A stretch of DNA of 64,000 nucleotides, taken from NCBI GenBank assembly GCA_022711115.1, contig JAKLFP010000001.1:453183-517182 (forward strand). Direction: 5' to 3'. Shown here in pieces: positions 10,407-18,810 of the stretch. The translations under genes were made by a program, and so were the position numbers. Positions within the stretch are counted from its first letter, which is position 1. Each line of letters opens with the position of its first letter. This stretch comes from Candidatus Omnitrophota bacterium. Its GTDB lineage: Bacteria; Omnitrophota; Omnitrophia; Omnitrophales; Aquincolibacteriaceae. The notes below the pieces were generated by a model. That model had not been told where the DNA came from, searched no databases, and was given only the letters and a program-made list of their open reading frames with translations.

Positions 10407-12533
10407 ATGAGCTACGGCGAAAAACGTTCCCCAGGTTATAAAAAACACCCGGCGAACGTTTTTTTGCTTTTAACAGCCGTTTTTCTCCTGGGCCTTCTAC
10501 CCGCTGTTTATGCTAAAACCAAACAAACAGAGATTCAACCCAGCATTCAAGCCACACCCGGGCAGACCTCAAGAACCTATATTCAACAAATCGGGCCAGC
10601 AGGGGACGAAGAGACTGAAGAAACGATTAATGTTTACGGGTCTGTGCCTGCGAACAAGTCTCTTTTAACATCGAGTCGGTTTAGGGTGATCGATGATTTT
10701 AATTCGGGAAGTCTGAAGAATCAATTTGGCGATGATTGGAAGATCCATAAGGAAAAAGCCAAAAAAGCCGAGGTGAAAATAATTAAAGAAGATGGGCGAG
10801 GGGTTCGCTCGGGACACTCGCTTCAGATGCAATTCGACCTTCAAAAGAGGGAGCAGTTCGAATTATGGAGTTCTCTTGCCAAATTGAATATGACCAGGGC
10901 CGATTTTCTTGCGCTCAAGTGCCGGGTTAAAAACCGTGAAAAAGGGCAATTCGAAGGAAGGGTAAGAGTTGCGCTGAGCGATTGGGCCGGCAAGACAGTC
11001 GTGCGTGATATTACCGATACATGTCTGGAAACAAAAGAATGGAATGACGTTCTAGTGCCCATTTCTTTTTTTAAAGGAATTGATTTAAGGCAACTCGAGC
11101 GTATTGCTTTTTATGTTCTCTCAAGGACAAAAAGCACCGTGGGCGAAATAGACATCGATGAAGTAACTTTTTTTGGTCCCGAGGAAGTAGGCTTTGAAAG
11201 CGTAGCCGCTTCTTTAAAGGGATTCCCAAAAGTGGTTTTAGATTTTAAAAGAAGAGAAGAAATTTTAAATACCGCAAACGACAAGGAGCTTCTTTTAAAA
11301 ATCGCAAAAGACACATGGAAATATTTTGAGAACGGAGCAGACAAAGAACACCATTTGGTCGTAGACCATTTAAAGATCGGTGATTTCCCATTGGCGGCTA
11401 CTTACACATCGCCCACCAATATCGCCATGGATCTTTTGTCCACCGTCGCGGCCCGTGAACTTGGCATCCTTTCTTCAGAAAAAGCAGCGGAGCGTGTTCA
11501 AGCTGTTTTAAAAACACTTCAAGAAATGAAGCGATGGAAAGGTTTTTTTTATAACTACTATGAAGTGATCCGGCTTCAGGTTACCAGGCCGTTTATTTCG
11601 AGCGTGGATAACGGATGGCTTGCCATCTCGCTTGTAGTGCTCAGACAGGCTTTTCCCGGTAAGATCGCTGAGACGGCCACGGTTATTTTAAACGGATTCA
11701 ATTTCCAGGAATTTCTTGACCCGGAAAACAATCAGCTTTTCATCGGTTATGATGTAGAACGCAACGCCTTGACGCCTTACCATTATGGGTTGCTGGTGAC
11801 GGAAGCGCGCGCAATGAGCCTTTATGCGATTGGGAAAGGAGACCTGCCCCGCGAACATTGGTGGTTCCTCTACCGGACAGCGCCAAAAGCATGGACTTGG
11901 CAAAACCAGATTCCTAAAGGGAGAGAAGTAACGCAAGAAGGCGTGAATTATTTTCAAGGGTACTATGAGGACGATTCAAAAAAATTTGTTCCAAGCTGGG
12001 GAGGATCTCTTTTTGAATTTCTGATGCCGACCATAGTCATCAATGAAAAAAAATTTGCGCCTAAGGGTTTAGGTCTGAATGATCGAATTGTCACAGAACT
12101 CCAAAGGGACTATGCCCTGAAAGAAAAGAAATATCCTGTCTGGGGCATTTCTCCGGCAGCCGTGGGTAGCGGCAGGCGTTGGCAATACGGGGAATATGGA
12201 GTTAAAAAACTCAGCGTGAAAGGCTATCCGGATGCCGGCGTGATCACCCCGCATGTGACGTTTCTCGCTTTAGAGACTTTGCCCAAGGATGCTCTTAAAA
12301 ATATCCGGCAGCTCCTTAAATTTGACATTTACGGAGAATATGGGTTTTATGACTCGATAACGTTTCCGGGCAAGAGAGTGAATCGTCAATATCTGGCGCT
12401 GGATCAAGGCATGGTTCTTATCCCTATAGCGAATTATCTTAGGAACGGAGTCATTCAGAAATATTTTCATCAAGATTCTGTAGGACAAAAGGCAGAAGAG
12501 CTGTTAAAAAAGGAAGACTTTTTCAAAGAGTAA
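10407..12533 (+). CDS. Membrane-anchored/secreted glucoamylase-like (PF10091/GH144-like) putative glycoside hydrolase
   Basis: 708 aa. N-terminal hydrophobic anchor or signal peptide. The C-terminal roughly 450 aa is paralogous to the 56347..57621 protein (shared blocks TSPTNIAMDLLSTVAA / GSPSSIAATGFALAGY and WGISPAAVGSG / WGLSASLGPGG). Family assignment is from memory and not verified. Confidence 0.4.
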   Translation: MSYGEKRSPGYKKHPANVFLLLTAVFLLGLLPAVYAKTKQTEIQPSIQATPGQTSRTYIQQIGPAGDEETEETINVYGSVPANKSLLTSSRFRVIDDFNSGSLKNQFGDDWKIHKEKAKKAEVKIIKEDGRGVRSGHSLQMQFDLQKREQFELWSSLAKLNMTRADFLALKCRVKNREKGQFEGRVRVALSDWAGKTVVRDITDTCLETKEWNDVLVPISFFKGIDLRQLERIAFYVLSRTKSTVGEIDIDEVTFFGPEEVGFESVAASLKGFPKVVLDFKRREEILNTANDKELLLKIAKDTWKYFENGADKEHHLVVDHLKIGDFPLAATYTSPTNIAMDLLSTVAARELGILSSEKAAERVQAVLKTLQEMKRWKGFFYNYYEVIRLQVTRPFISSVDNGWLAISLVVLRQAFPGKIAETATVILNGFNFQEFLDPENNQLFIGYDVERNALTPYHYGLLVTEARAMSLYAIGKGDLPREHWWFLYRTAPKAWTWQNQIPKGREVTQEGVNYFQGYYEDDSKKFVPSWGGSLFEFLMPTIVINEKKFAPKGLGLNDRIVTELQRDYALKEKKYPVWGISPAAVGSGRRWQYGEYGVKKLSVKGYPDAGVITPHVTFLALETLPKDALKNIRQLLKFDIYGEYGFYDSITFPGKRVNRQYLALDQGMVLIPIANYLRNGVIQKYFHQDSVGQKAEELLKKEDFFKE

Positions 12534-12693
12534 TATAAAAATATACTTTCGAGCGTCCATCCATCCATCAGCCCATTCAACCAAGAGTGAAAACCCAAAA
12601 AAAACGACACTCAATTAATGCTTTGAAAAAGCATATAGTGGAGTTAAAATACGTGTCCTAAGAGACACTTATATAGCGATAAAGAAAGACCTT

Positions 12694-13947
12694 ATGACAA
12701 AAGCCGTTTTTGAAAGGAGCGCAACCAATATGATGATCAAACAAATGCTCAAGGACCGTATTTTAACAGATAAAGAACGAAAGAATCTTGCGATTCTTGA
12801 GGTCATTCGAAAAAACGGACCGATTTCCAGGACGGACATTTCCAAGCTTACTGAATTAAATATCGTTACCGTTTCCAACTATGTGAATCATTACATCAAA
12901 AAAGGACTTGTTGTCGAGGGAGAGCTGGATGAATCCACGGGGGGACGCAAGCCGGTCCTCGTCGAACTTAATCCCAAATCCGGATATATCGTTGGCGTAG
13001 GACTTAATATGATGAGCATGGTGGGCGTGCTTGTAGATCTTGAAATTAATGTGATCAGCGAAGTGAAGCGTGAAAGATCCCCGGAAAATTCCGAAAAAGT
13101 CATTTTGGAAATGGTCGATCTTGCGGCCGAGATTATCGATAAGGCAGAAATTGATAAATCAAAAATCGTGGGCGTCGGCGTCGGCGTGCCAGGGATTATT
13201 GATGAACGTGGCCGGACCATTCGCTGGCCGCAAAGTCTCGGCGATAAGGATATTTCGGTTTGCTCTTCCATCAAAGACACCTTCGAACGAAGATTAAACA
13301 TCCCGACAATTGTTGAAAATGACGCGAATGCGGCGGTGCTCGGAGAAAAATGGCTTGGGCTGGATCGTGACGTTCGCCATATGCTGTACATGTTCTCAGG
13401 CGTTGGCTGCGGTATTCTGATAAATGAGGAAATTTATCGCGGGGCCAACGGGGCTGCCGGAGAGCTCGGGATTAACAGCGCCCATTCGACCAAAGAATAT
13501 TCTCACAAAATCGCGACCCAGCTTGGACGGTGGGAAATGGATATCGGGATGGTTCGTCACGCACGCGAAAGGATCGAAAAAGGAGAAGAATCGATCTTGA
13601 AAGATTTGGTGCGTGGGGACCTGAACCTGCTGACTTTTAAAGAGATTGTCAGGGGCGTCAAAGAAAAAGATTCCCTGACCCTTAAAGTTGTTGAACAGGC
13701 CGGGCAAGACCTTGGGAAAAAAATAGCTTTTATCGTAAACCTTTTTAATCCGGAAGTTGTCGTGATCGGCGGGGGCATCGAAGATTGCGGCGCCACGCTG
13801 CTGGATTCTATCAAAAGCACAGTAAAAGAATGGTCTGTGGAAGAAGCCGCGTCGCAGGTCAAAATCATCCCTTCTGCTTTTGGTGAAAACGCCGTTGCGC
13901 TTGGTGTTGTGGGCATCGTCGCCCGAGAAATTTTCGCGCAGGCTTAA
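12694..13947 (+). CDS. ROK-family transcriptional regulator (NagC/XylR-like)
   Basis: N-terminal winged HTH (LAILEVIRKNGPISRTDISKLTELNIVTVSNYV) followed by a ROK sugar-kinase-like domain with glycine-rich GVGVGVPG. Confidence 0.8.
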   Translation: MTKAVFERSATNMMIKQMLKDRILTDKERKNLAILEVIRKNGPISRTDISKLTELNIVTVSNYVNHYIKKGLVVEGELDESTGGRKPVLVELNPKSGYIVGVGLNMMSMVGVLVDLEINVISEVKRERSPENSEKVILEMVDLAAEIIDKAEIDKSKIVGVGVGVPGIIDERGRTIRWPQSLGDKDISVCSSIKDTFERRLNIPTIVENDANAAVLGEKWLGLDRDVRHMLYMFSGVGCGILINEEIYRGANGAAGELGINSAHSTKEYSHKIATQLGRWEMDIGMVRHARERIEKGEESILKDLVRGDLNLLTFKEIVRGVKEKDSLTLKVVEQAGQDLGKKIAFIVNLFNPEVVVIGGGIEDCGATLLDSIKSTVKEWSVEEAASQVKIIPSAFGENAVALGVVGIVAREIFAQA

Positions 13948-13971
13948 TTTTTTTCGGGGCTTGAAAACAAC

Positions 13972-15006
13972 ATGATGGCTCTTATTCAAGAGCTTAAAGA
14001 AAAGGTTCTTTCCGGAGGTGAGATTTCTTCTGGCGAGGCTCTTTGCTTGGCTGTGACTGAAGAGCCCGAAATCGTGGACGCTTTGCTTGAAGCGGCCCAT
14101 GAGATTACGCTTCATTTCTGTTCGCAAAAGCCGGACCTTTGTTCCCTCATCAATGCAAAAAGCTACCTTTGCGCCGAAGACTGCGGTTTTTGTTCCCAAT
14201 CTTCTCATTATCAAACCGGTGCAGCACGTTACCCGCTCATGGAACCTGAGGAAATCGTACGCGTTGCAAAACAGTGCGAAAAAAAAGGCGTCCAAAGTTT
14301 TTGCATAGTGACAAGCGGTGAAACCTTAAATGCCCGGGAATTTGAACAGGTTCTTGAGACTTTTCATCGATTGAACGCAGAAACCGGTTTAAATCTTGAC
14401 GGATCGTTAGGCAATTTGACTGCGGGGCAGATTTGCAAACTCAAAGAAGCCGGGATGCGTCGTTTTAATCACAACCTGCAGTGCTCGCGCGATTTTTATC
14501 CAAAAATTGTTTCCACGCATACTTATGATAAACGAATGGAAACGTTGAAATTTTTGGAGGAAAACAAAGTCGAAATTTGTTCCGGCGGGATCTTAGGAAT
14601 GGGAGAAAGCCGTGAAGACAGAATCAAGCTTGCGTTTGAACTGAAAGCTTACGACCTGCATTGCCTGCCTATTAATATCTTAAATCCAAGGCCTGGAACA
14701 CCGCTTTGCAATCAGCTGCCTATCAACCCTTTAGAAATCATAAAAACCATTGCTATTTATCGCTTCATCCACCCGAAAGCCAATATCAAACTTGCCGGAG
14801 GACGGGAGCTCAATCTCGGAGTCTATTTTCAGGAAAAAGCCTTGCGCGGCGGCGCGAATGGACTGGTAGTTGGCGGTTATCTCACCACCGCTGGGAATCC
14901 GCTTCAAGAAGATATCAACATGCTCAGGCGGACAGGTTTTCTTGTCGGGGCGAATCAAGAACAGCCTTGCTGTAAGGGCTCTCAAACTTCAGTAACAAGT
15001 TGTTAG
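13972..15006 (+). CDS. bioB: Biotin synthase
   Basis: Radical SAM CxxxCxxC (CAEDCGFCSQSS). Also BioB motifs FNHNL, CSGGILGMGE, PINILNPRPGTPL and GGRE. Has an extra Cys-rich C-terminal tail (PCCKGSQTSVTSC). Confidence 0.9.
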   Translation: MMALIQELKEKVLSGGEISSGEALCLAVTEEPEIVDALLEAAHEITLHFCSQKPDLCSLINAKSYLCAEDCGFCSQSSHYQTGAARYPLMEPEEIVRVAKQCEKKGVQSFCIVTSGETLNAREFEQVLETFHRLNAETGLNLDGSLGNLTAGQICKLKEAGMRRFNHNLQCSRDFYPKIVSTHTYDKRMETLKFLEENKVEICSGGILGMGESREDRIKLAFELKAYDLHCLPINILNPRPGTPLCNQLPINPLEIIKTIAIYRFIHPKANIKLAGGRELNLGVYFQEKALRGGANGLVVGGYLTTAGNPLQEDINMLRRTGFLVGANQEQPCCKGSQTSVTSC

Positions 15007-15009
15007 GCC

Positions 15010-15738
15010 TTGGAACCTCTTCTTAAAGAAAAAACAATCCTCATTACAGGCGGCACAAGCCAACTGGGGCAGTCCTTTGTCCGGAAAGCTCTTGAACAAG
15101 GCGCCAAAGTTTTTTTTACCTACTTTCGAAACAAGGACTTTGCAGAACAATTACAAAAACTTGGCGCTAAGGGCTACCCTTGCGACCTGGCCAACATCAA
15201 TTCCATACATGAATTTGTCGCGGTCTTCAGGAAAGACGCTGAGCAGCTCGATGTTCTTATCCATAATGCGGCAATGACTGCGGACACAACGATCGAAAAA
15301 ATGTCGGAACAAGAATGGGATGCGGTGATGAAGGTGAATTTAAAAGCACCGTTCTATCTCACGAAGCAACTTTTGCCGCTGCTTTTTAAAGTTACACCAA
15401 GCAAAGTTTTTATGGTGGTAAGCCGGGCAGGCCTGAGCGGTCTTTATGGTGCGGCGAATTATGCGGCTTCCAAGGGCGGGCTTATTGCCATGGCCAAAAC
15501 GCTTGCCAAGGAGCTTGGACGGAAGAAAGTTCTCGTCAATGCCGTCAACCCGGGATTTATGTGTTCGGGCATGACTGTCCACGTCCCCGACAAAGTTTTG
15601 CAGAAAAACATCGAGGAAAGCCCGCTCAAAACCTTTTCCGGTCCTGAGGAAGTTGCCGGTTTTCTTGTTTATCTTTCTTCAGGTCTGATGCGACAGGTGA
15701 CAGGCCAAGTCTTTCATTTTGAATCCCGCCCGATATAG
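15010..15738 (+). CDS. FabG-like short-chain dehydrogenase (3-oxoacyl-ACP reductase homolog) embedded in the bio operon
   Basis: TTG start 4 bp after the bioB stop. TGGTSQLG Rossmann motif, and the active-site region VVSRAGLSGLYGAANYAASKGG contains the S...YxxxK catalytic residues. Confidence 0.75.
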   Translation: MEPLLKEKTILITGGTSQLGQSFVRKALEQGAKVFFTYFRNKDFAEQLQKLGAKGYPCDLANINSIHEFVAVFRKDAEQLDVLIHNAAMTADTTIEKMSEQEWDAVMKVNLKAPFYLTKQLLPLLFKVTPSKVFMVVSRAGLSGLYGAANYAASKGGLIAMAKTLAKELGRKKVLVNAVNPGFMCSGMTVHVPDKVLQKNIEESPLKTFSGPEEVAGFLVYLSSGLMRQVTGQVFHFESRPI

Positions 15739-15783
15739 GATAGAATTCCATTCTACTCATCAGCCAGGAGAGACATTATTACT

Positions 15784-16989
15784 ATGAAGCGACGTGTTGT
15801 GATCACAGGAATAGGCATTCTTTCTCCGATCGGGAACACCCTTAAAGAATTCGAGGAAAGTCTGAAAAAAGGAGTTTGCGGCAAGGACGACGCCGACTCT
15901 TCCAAAGTTTTGGGGTATAAGTTTCCGCCGCTTTTTCGTCTCAAAAACTTTAATCCGCATTCTTATGGTACGCACCTTCTGGACCCTTTTATTCAATATG
16001 CGGTAGCGGCGGCAGAACAGGCAATCAAGGATGCGAAGTTTGACCTTCAGTCCGTCGATCCTTACAGCATCGCATTGTCCGTCAGTTCCAGCAAAGGAGG
16101 CGTTCACACTCTGGATCGCCTAAAAGAACGGTTTCTTAAAAAACCCACGGCCATTTTGGGCGCAAGGCTTTATACCAGCGCCGTTCCGAATTTTGCCGAC
16201 CAATGGATCGCCAGGCGAATGGGTATTAAAGGGCCGGCTAAATGTTATGTAGCCGCATGCGCCACCGGAACCGTTGCCGTCATCGCTGGTTTTCGGATGG
16301 TTTCAGAAGGTCAGGCGGAATATTGTTTGGCAGGAGCGACCGACGCTTCGATTACACCGTTGATGCTCGGGGGCTACCAGAACATGGGCGCTCTTGCGAA
16401 AAGGAATATCCGTCCTTTTGATAAACACCGTGATGGATTTTTAGTCGGAGAAGGCGCCGGCGTCCTTTTTCTTGAAACGCTCGAAAGCGCGAAAAAACGC
16501 GGGGCAAAAATTTACGGCGAGATCCTCGAGGCAGCGCATGGGCAAAACACCACAGATCCAATCGCTTTTGATCCCGGCGACCACGCATTGTCTTTTACCC
16601 TTAAAACATTGATGCATCGGGCCGGGCTTTCTCCGGAGGAAATCGATTATATCAACCTGCATGGCACCGGGACGCGGCATGGCGATTTGTATGAAACGCT
16701 TGAATTGAAAGAAACTTTCGGAAAGCAGGCATACAAAATTCCGATGAGCTCCACCAAAGGGATGACAGGCCACATGCTTGGCGCGACAGGGGCCGCGGAG
16801 ATTATCGCGACGCTTTTGGGGATGCAGGAAAGTTTTGTGCCGCCGACCATCGGACTCGATCAAAAAGACCCCGCGTGCGACTTGGATTACACACCGGGAG
16901 AAATGCGTTCTCAAAAAATCACAACAGCGATCAAAATTTCCATGGGTTTTGGCGGACAGGTCGCGGTGATGGCGCTGCGCCGGCTATGA
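15784..16989 (+). CDS. KAS I/II-type beta-ketoacyl-ACP synthase (FabF/FabB-like) embedded in the bio operon
   Basis: 401 aa. N-terminus RRVVITGIGILSPIGN. Active-site Cys in VAACATGTVAV. His motifs NLHGTGTRHGD and KGMTGHMLGATGAAE. Its stop overlaps the bioF start as ATGA. Confidence 0.8.
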   Translation: MKRRVVITGIGILSPIGNTLKEFEESLKKGVCGKDDADSSKVLGYKFPPLFRLKNFNPHSYGTHLLDPFIQYAVAAAEQAIKDAKFDLQSVDPYSIALSVSSSKGGVHTLDRLKERFLKKPTAILGARLYTSAVPNFADQWIARRMGIKGPAKCYVAACATGTVAVIAGFRMVSEGQAEYCLAGATDASITPLMLGGYQNMGALAKRNIRPFDKHRDGFLVGEGAGVLFLETLESAKKRGAKIYGEILEAAHGQNTTDPIAFDPGDHALSFTLKTLMHRAGLSPEEIDYINLHGTGTRHGDLYETLELKETFGKQAYKIPMSSTKGMTGHMLGATGAAEIIATLLGMQESFVPPTIGLDQKDPACDLDYTPGEMRSQKITTAIKISMGFGGQVAVMALRRL

Positions 16990-18146
16990 GAAAAATCTGC
17001 CTTTCAGAGCTAGAAGAACTTAAACAGAGAAATCTTTACAGGGAATTGCGCGTCCTTGAAAACCATCAAGGCACAAAGGCCTATTTTCAAGGCCGTGAAC
17101 TACTTCTCTTTTGCAGCAATGATTATCTCGGATTAAGTCGCCATTCCCGGGTTGTCCAAGCATCACAAAAGGCACTGAAGCAATATGGCATTGGCGCGGG
17201 CGCAGCAAGGCTTATTTCCGGTAGCACGGAGGCACACAAAAGACTCGAGCAGAAAATCGCATGCCTCAAACAAAAAGAAAGCGCGCTCGTTTTTGCAACA
17301 GGATTTCTCGCCAATCTCGGGATTTTAACGGCGTTTGCCGGAGAAGGCGATGTGATCATTATGGATAAGCTTTGTCATGCGTCACTCATTGACGGCGCGC
17401 GGCTCTCCAAATCCGAGTTGCGCGTTTTTCCTCATAAAAATTATCGCAAGTGCGAAGAACTTCTTCAAAAAAGCAAAGACGCGCGAAGGCGAATTTTGGT
17501 AAGCGAAACTGTTTTCAGCATGGATGGTGATCTTGCGGACTTGAGAGAACTTATCCGTCTGAAAGAAAAATACGATGCTTTTTTTATGGTAGATGACGCG
17601 CATGGCACGGGCGTGCTTGGCCCGTATGGGCGTGGGGCCACCGAGAACAAAAAAATAGCCGGAAAAATCGACATCATCATGGGAACGCTTTCCAAAGCTA
17701 TCGGCGGATTGGGAGGTTTTGTCGCCGCGGACAAAGCTTTGGTCCATTATCTTATTAATTTTGCACGCCCATTCATTTTCACAACCGCCTTGCCGCCGGT
17801 TTTATGCGAAGCCGCTTACGCAGCTTTTTGTGTGATAGAAGAAGAACCGGCCATCAGAAAAAAACTTTGGCAAAACATCCAAGCAATTCATAAGGGCTTA
17901 ACGAAGCTCGACTTTTCGATTGCAAAACCCGAATCCGCGATTTTACCTGTCCTCTTTGGCAATGAAAGAAAAGCCATAGCGGCTTTTGAAGCGTTGCTGA
18001 AGCAAGGAATTTTTATCCCGGCGGTCCGCTACCCGACTGTTCCAAAAGGCAAAGCCCGGCTCCGCATCACGGTCAGCGCTGCGCATACCCAAAAAGATAT
18101 TGCAAAATTACTTCTGGCATTCAAAAAACTGAAGGCCGCTAAATAG
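16986..18146 (+). CDS. bioF: 8-amino-7-oxononanoate synthase
   Basis: PLP-dependent alpha-oxoamine synthase with full-length BioF resemblance and a SKAIGG-type lysine region. Start chosen at the internal ATG (MRKICLSELEELK...) that overlaps the KAS stop (ATGA); the listed ORF begins 111 nt earlier. Confidence 0.85.
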   Translation: MRKICLSELEELKQRNLYRELRVLENHQGTKAYFQGRELLLFCSNDYLGLSRHSRVVQASQKALKQYGIGAGAARLISGSTEAHKRLEQKIACLKQKESALVFATGFLANLGILTAFAGEGDVIIMDKLCHASLIDGARLSKSELRVFPHKNYRKCEELLQKSKDARRRILVSETVFSMDGDLADLRELIRLKEKYDAFFMVDDAHGTGVLGPYGRGATENKKIAGKIDIIMGTLSKAIGGLGGFVAADKALVHYLINFARPFIFTTALPPVLCEAAYAAFCVIEEEPAIRKKLWQNIQAIHKGLTKLDFSIAKPESAILPVLFGNERKAIAAFEALLKQGIFIPAVRYPTVPKGKARLRITVSAAHTQKDIAKLLLAFKKLKAAK

Positions 18147-18159
18147 AGAGACATTTCTT

Positions 18160-18810
18160 ATGATGAGAAAAACGATTCTAGTTGTTTTTTTTCTGGCAAT
18201 GATTTTTCAAGGAAGAAGTTTTGCGGCGGAAGGGAAATCCGTCAAATTACCGCCGCCACAAAGAGAGAACGGGAAACCTTTAATGCAGGCGTTGGGCGAA
18301 CGGCATAGCAGCCGCGAGTTCAGCCCCGAAGAGATTTCTCTGCAAACGCTTTCCAATCTTCTTTGGGCTGCAAATGGAATAAATCGTCCGGATGGGCGCC
18401 GGACCGCCCCTTCGGCGCATAACGCACAGGAAATCGATATTTATGTCGCTAAGAGAGAGGCGCTTTATTTATACCATGCCGACACCCACGAATTAACGTC
18501 TGTAGCCCAGGGAGACTTCCGGTCTTTCACCGGAAAGCAGTCTTTTGTCAAGGATGCGCCGGTGAGCCTTATCTTTGTTACCGATCTTGAAAAGCTGAGC
18601 GGAGATTCCGAACAAGATGCGAATTTTTACAGCAATACAGATACAGGCTATATCAGCCAAAATGTTTATCTCTATTGTGCTTCGGAAGGTCTTGCCACAG
18701 TGGTTCTTGGGTGGATTGACCGGGATCAAATAAACACAATTCTGAAACTTCGTCCACGACAACGCGTTATTCTGACCCAGCCTGTGGGTTATCCTAAAAA
18801 CAAAAAATGA
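18160..18810 (+). CDS. Nitroreductase-family flavoprotein with an N-terminal Sec-type signal peptide
   Basis: 216 aa. Clear signal peptide (MMRKTILVVFFLAMIFQGRSFA/AE). Nitroreductase-fold blocks (RHSSREFSPEEISLQTLSNLLWAANGINR...). Stop overlaps the bioA start (ATGA). Confidence 0.65.
   Translation: MMRKTILVVFFLAMIFQGRSFAAEGKSVKLPPPQRENGKPLMQALGERHSSREFSPEEISLQTLSNLLWAANGINRPDGRRTAPSAHNAQEIDIYVAKREALYLYHADTHELTSVAQGDFRSFTGKQSFVKDAPVSLIFVTDLEKLSGDSEQDANFYSNTDTGYISQNVYLYCASEGLATVVLGWIDRDQINTILKLRPRQRVILTQPVGYPKNKK

Noticed and set aside
12534-12693. Short palindromes (TGCTTTGAAAAAGCA; GTGTCCTAAGAGACAC) upstream of the ROK regulator gene, considered as ROK operators.
   Set aside because: They are imperfect and short, and I cannot distinguish them from chance in an AT-rich spacer without a genome-wide motif search. 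Not reported as a feature.
13396-14295. 299-aa minus-strand ORF spanning the ROK regulator and bioB, plus many other antisense ORFs in the track (for example 946..1203, 2352..2813, 30994..31653, 52977..53399, 16441..16914).
   Set aside because: These lie entirely inside confidently identified genes on the opposite strand. They have low-complexity or Arg/Ser/Pro-rich compositions typical of shadow ORFs and no recognisable domains.
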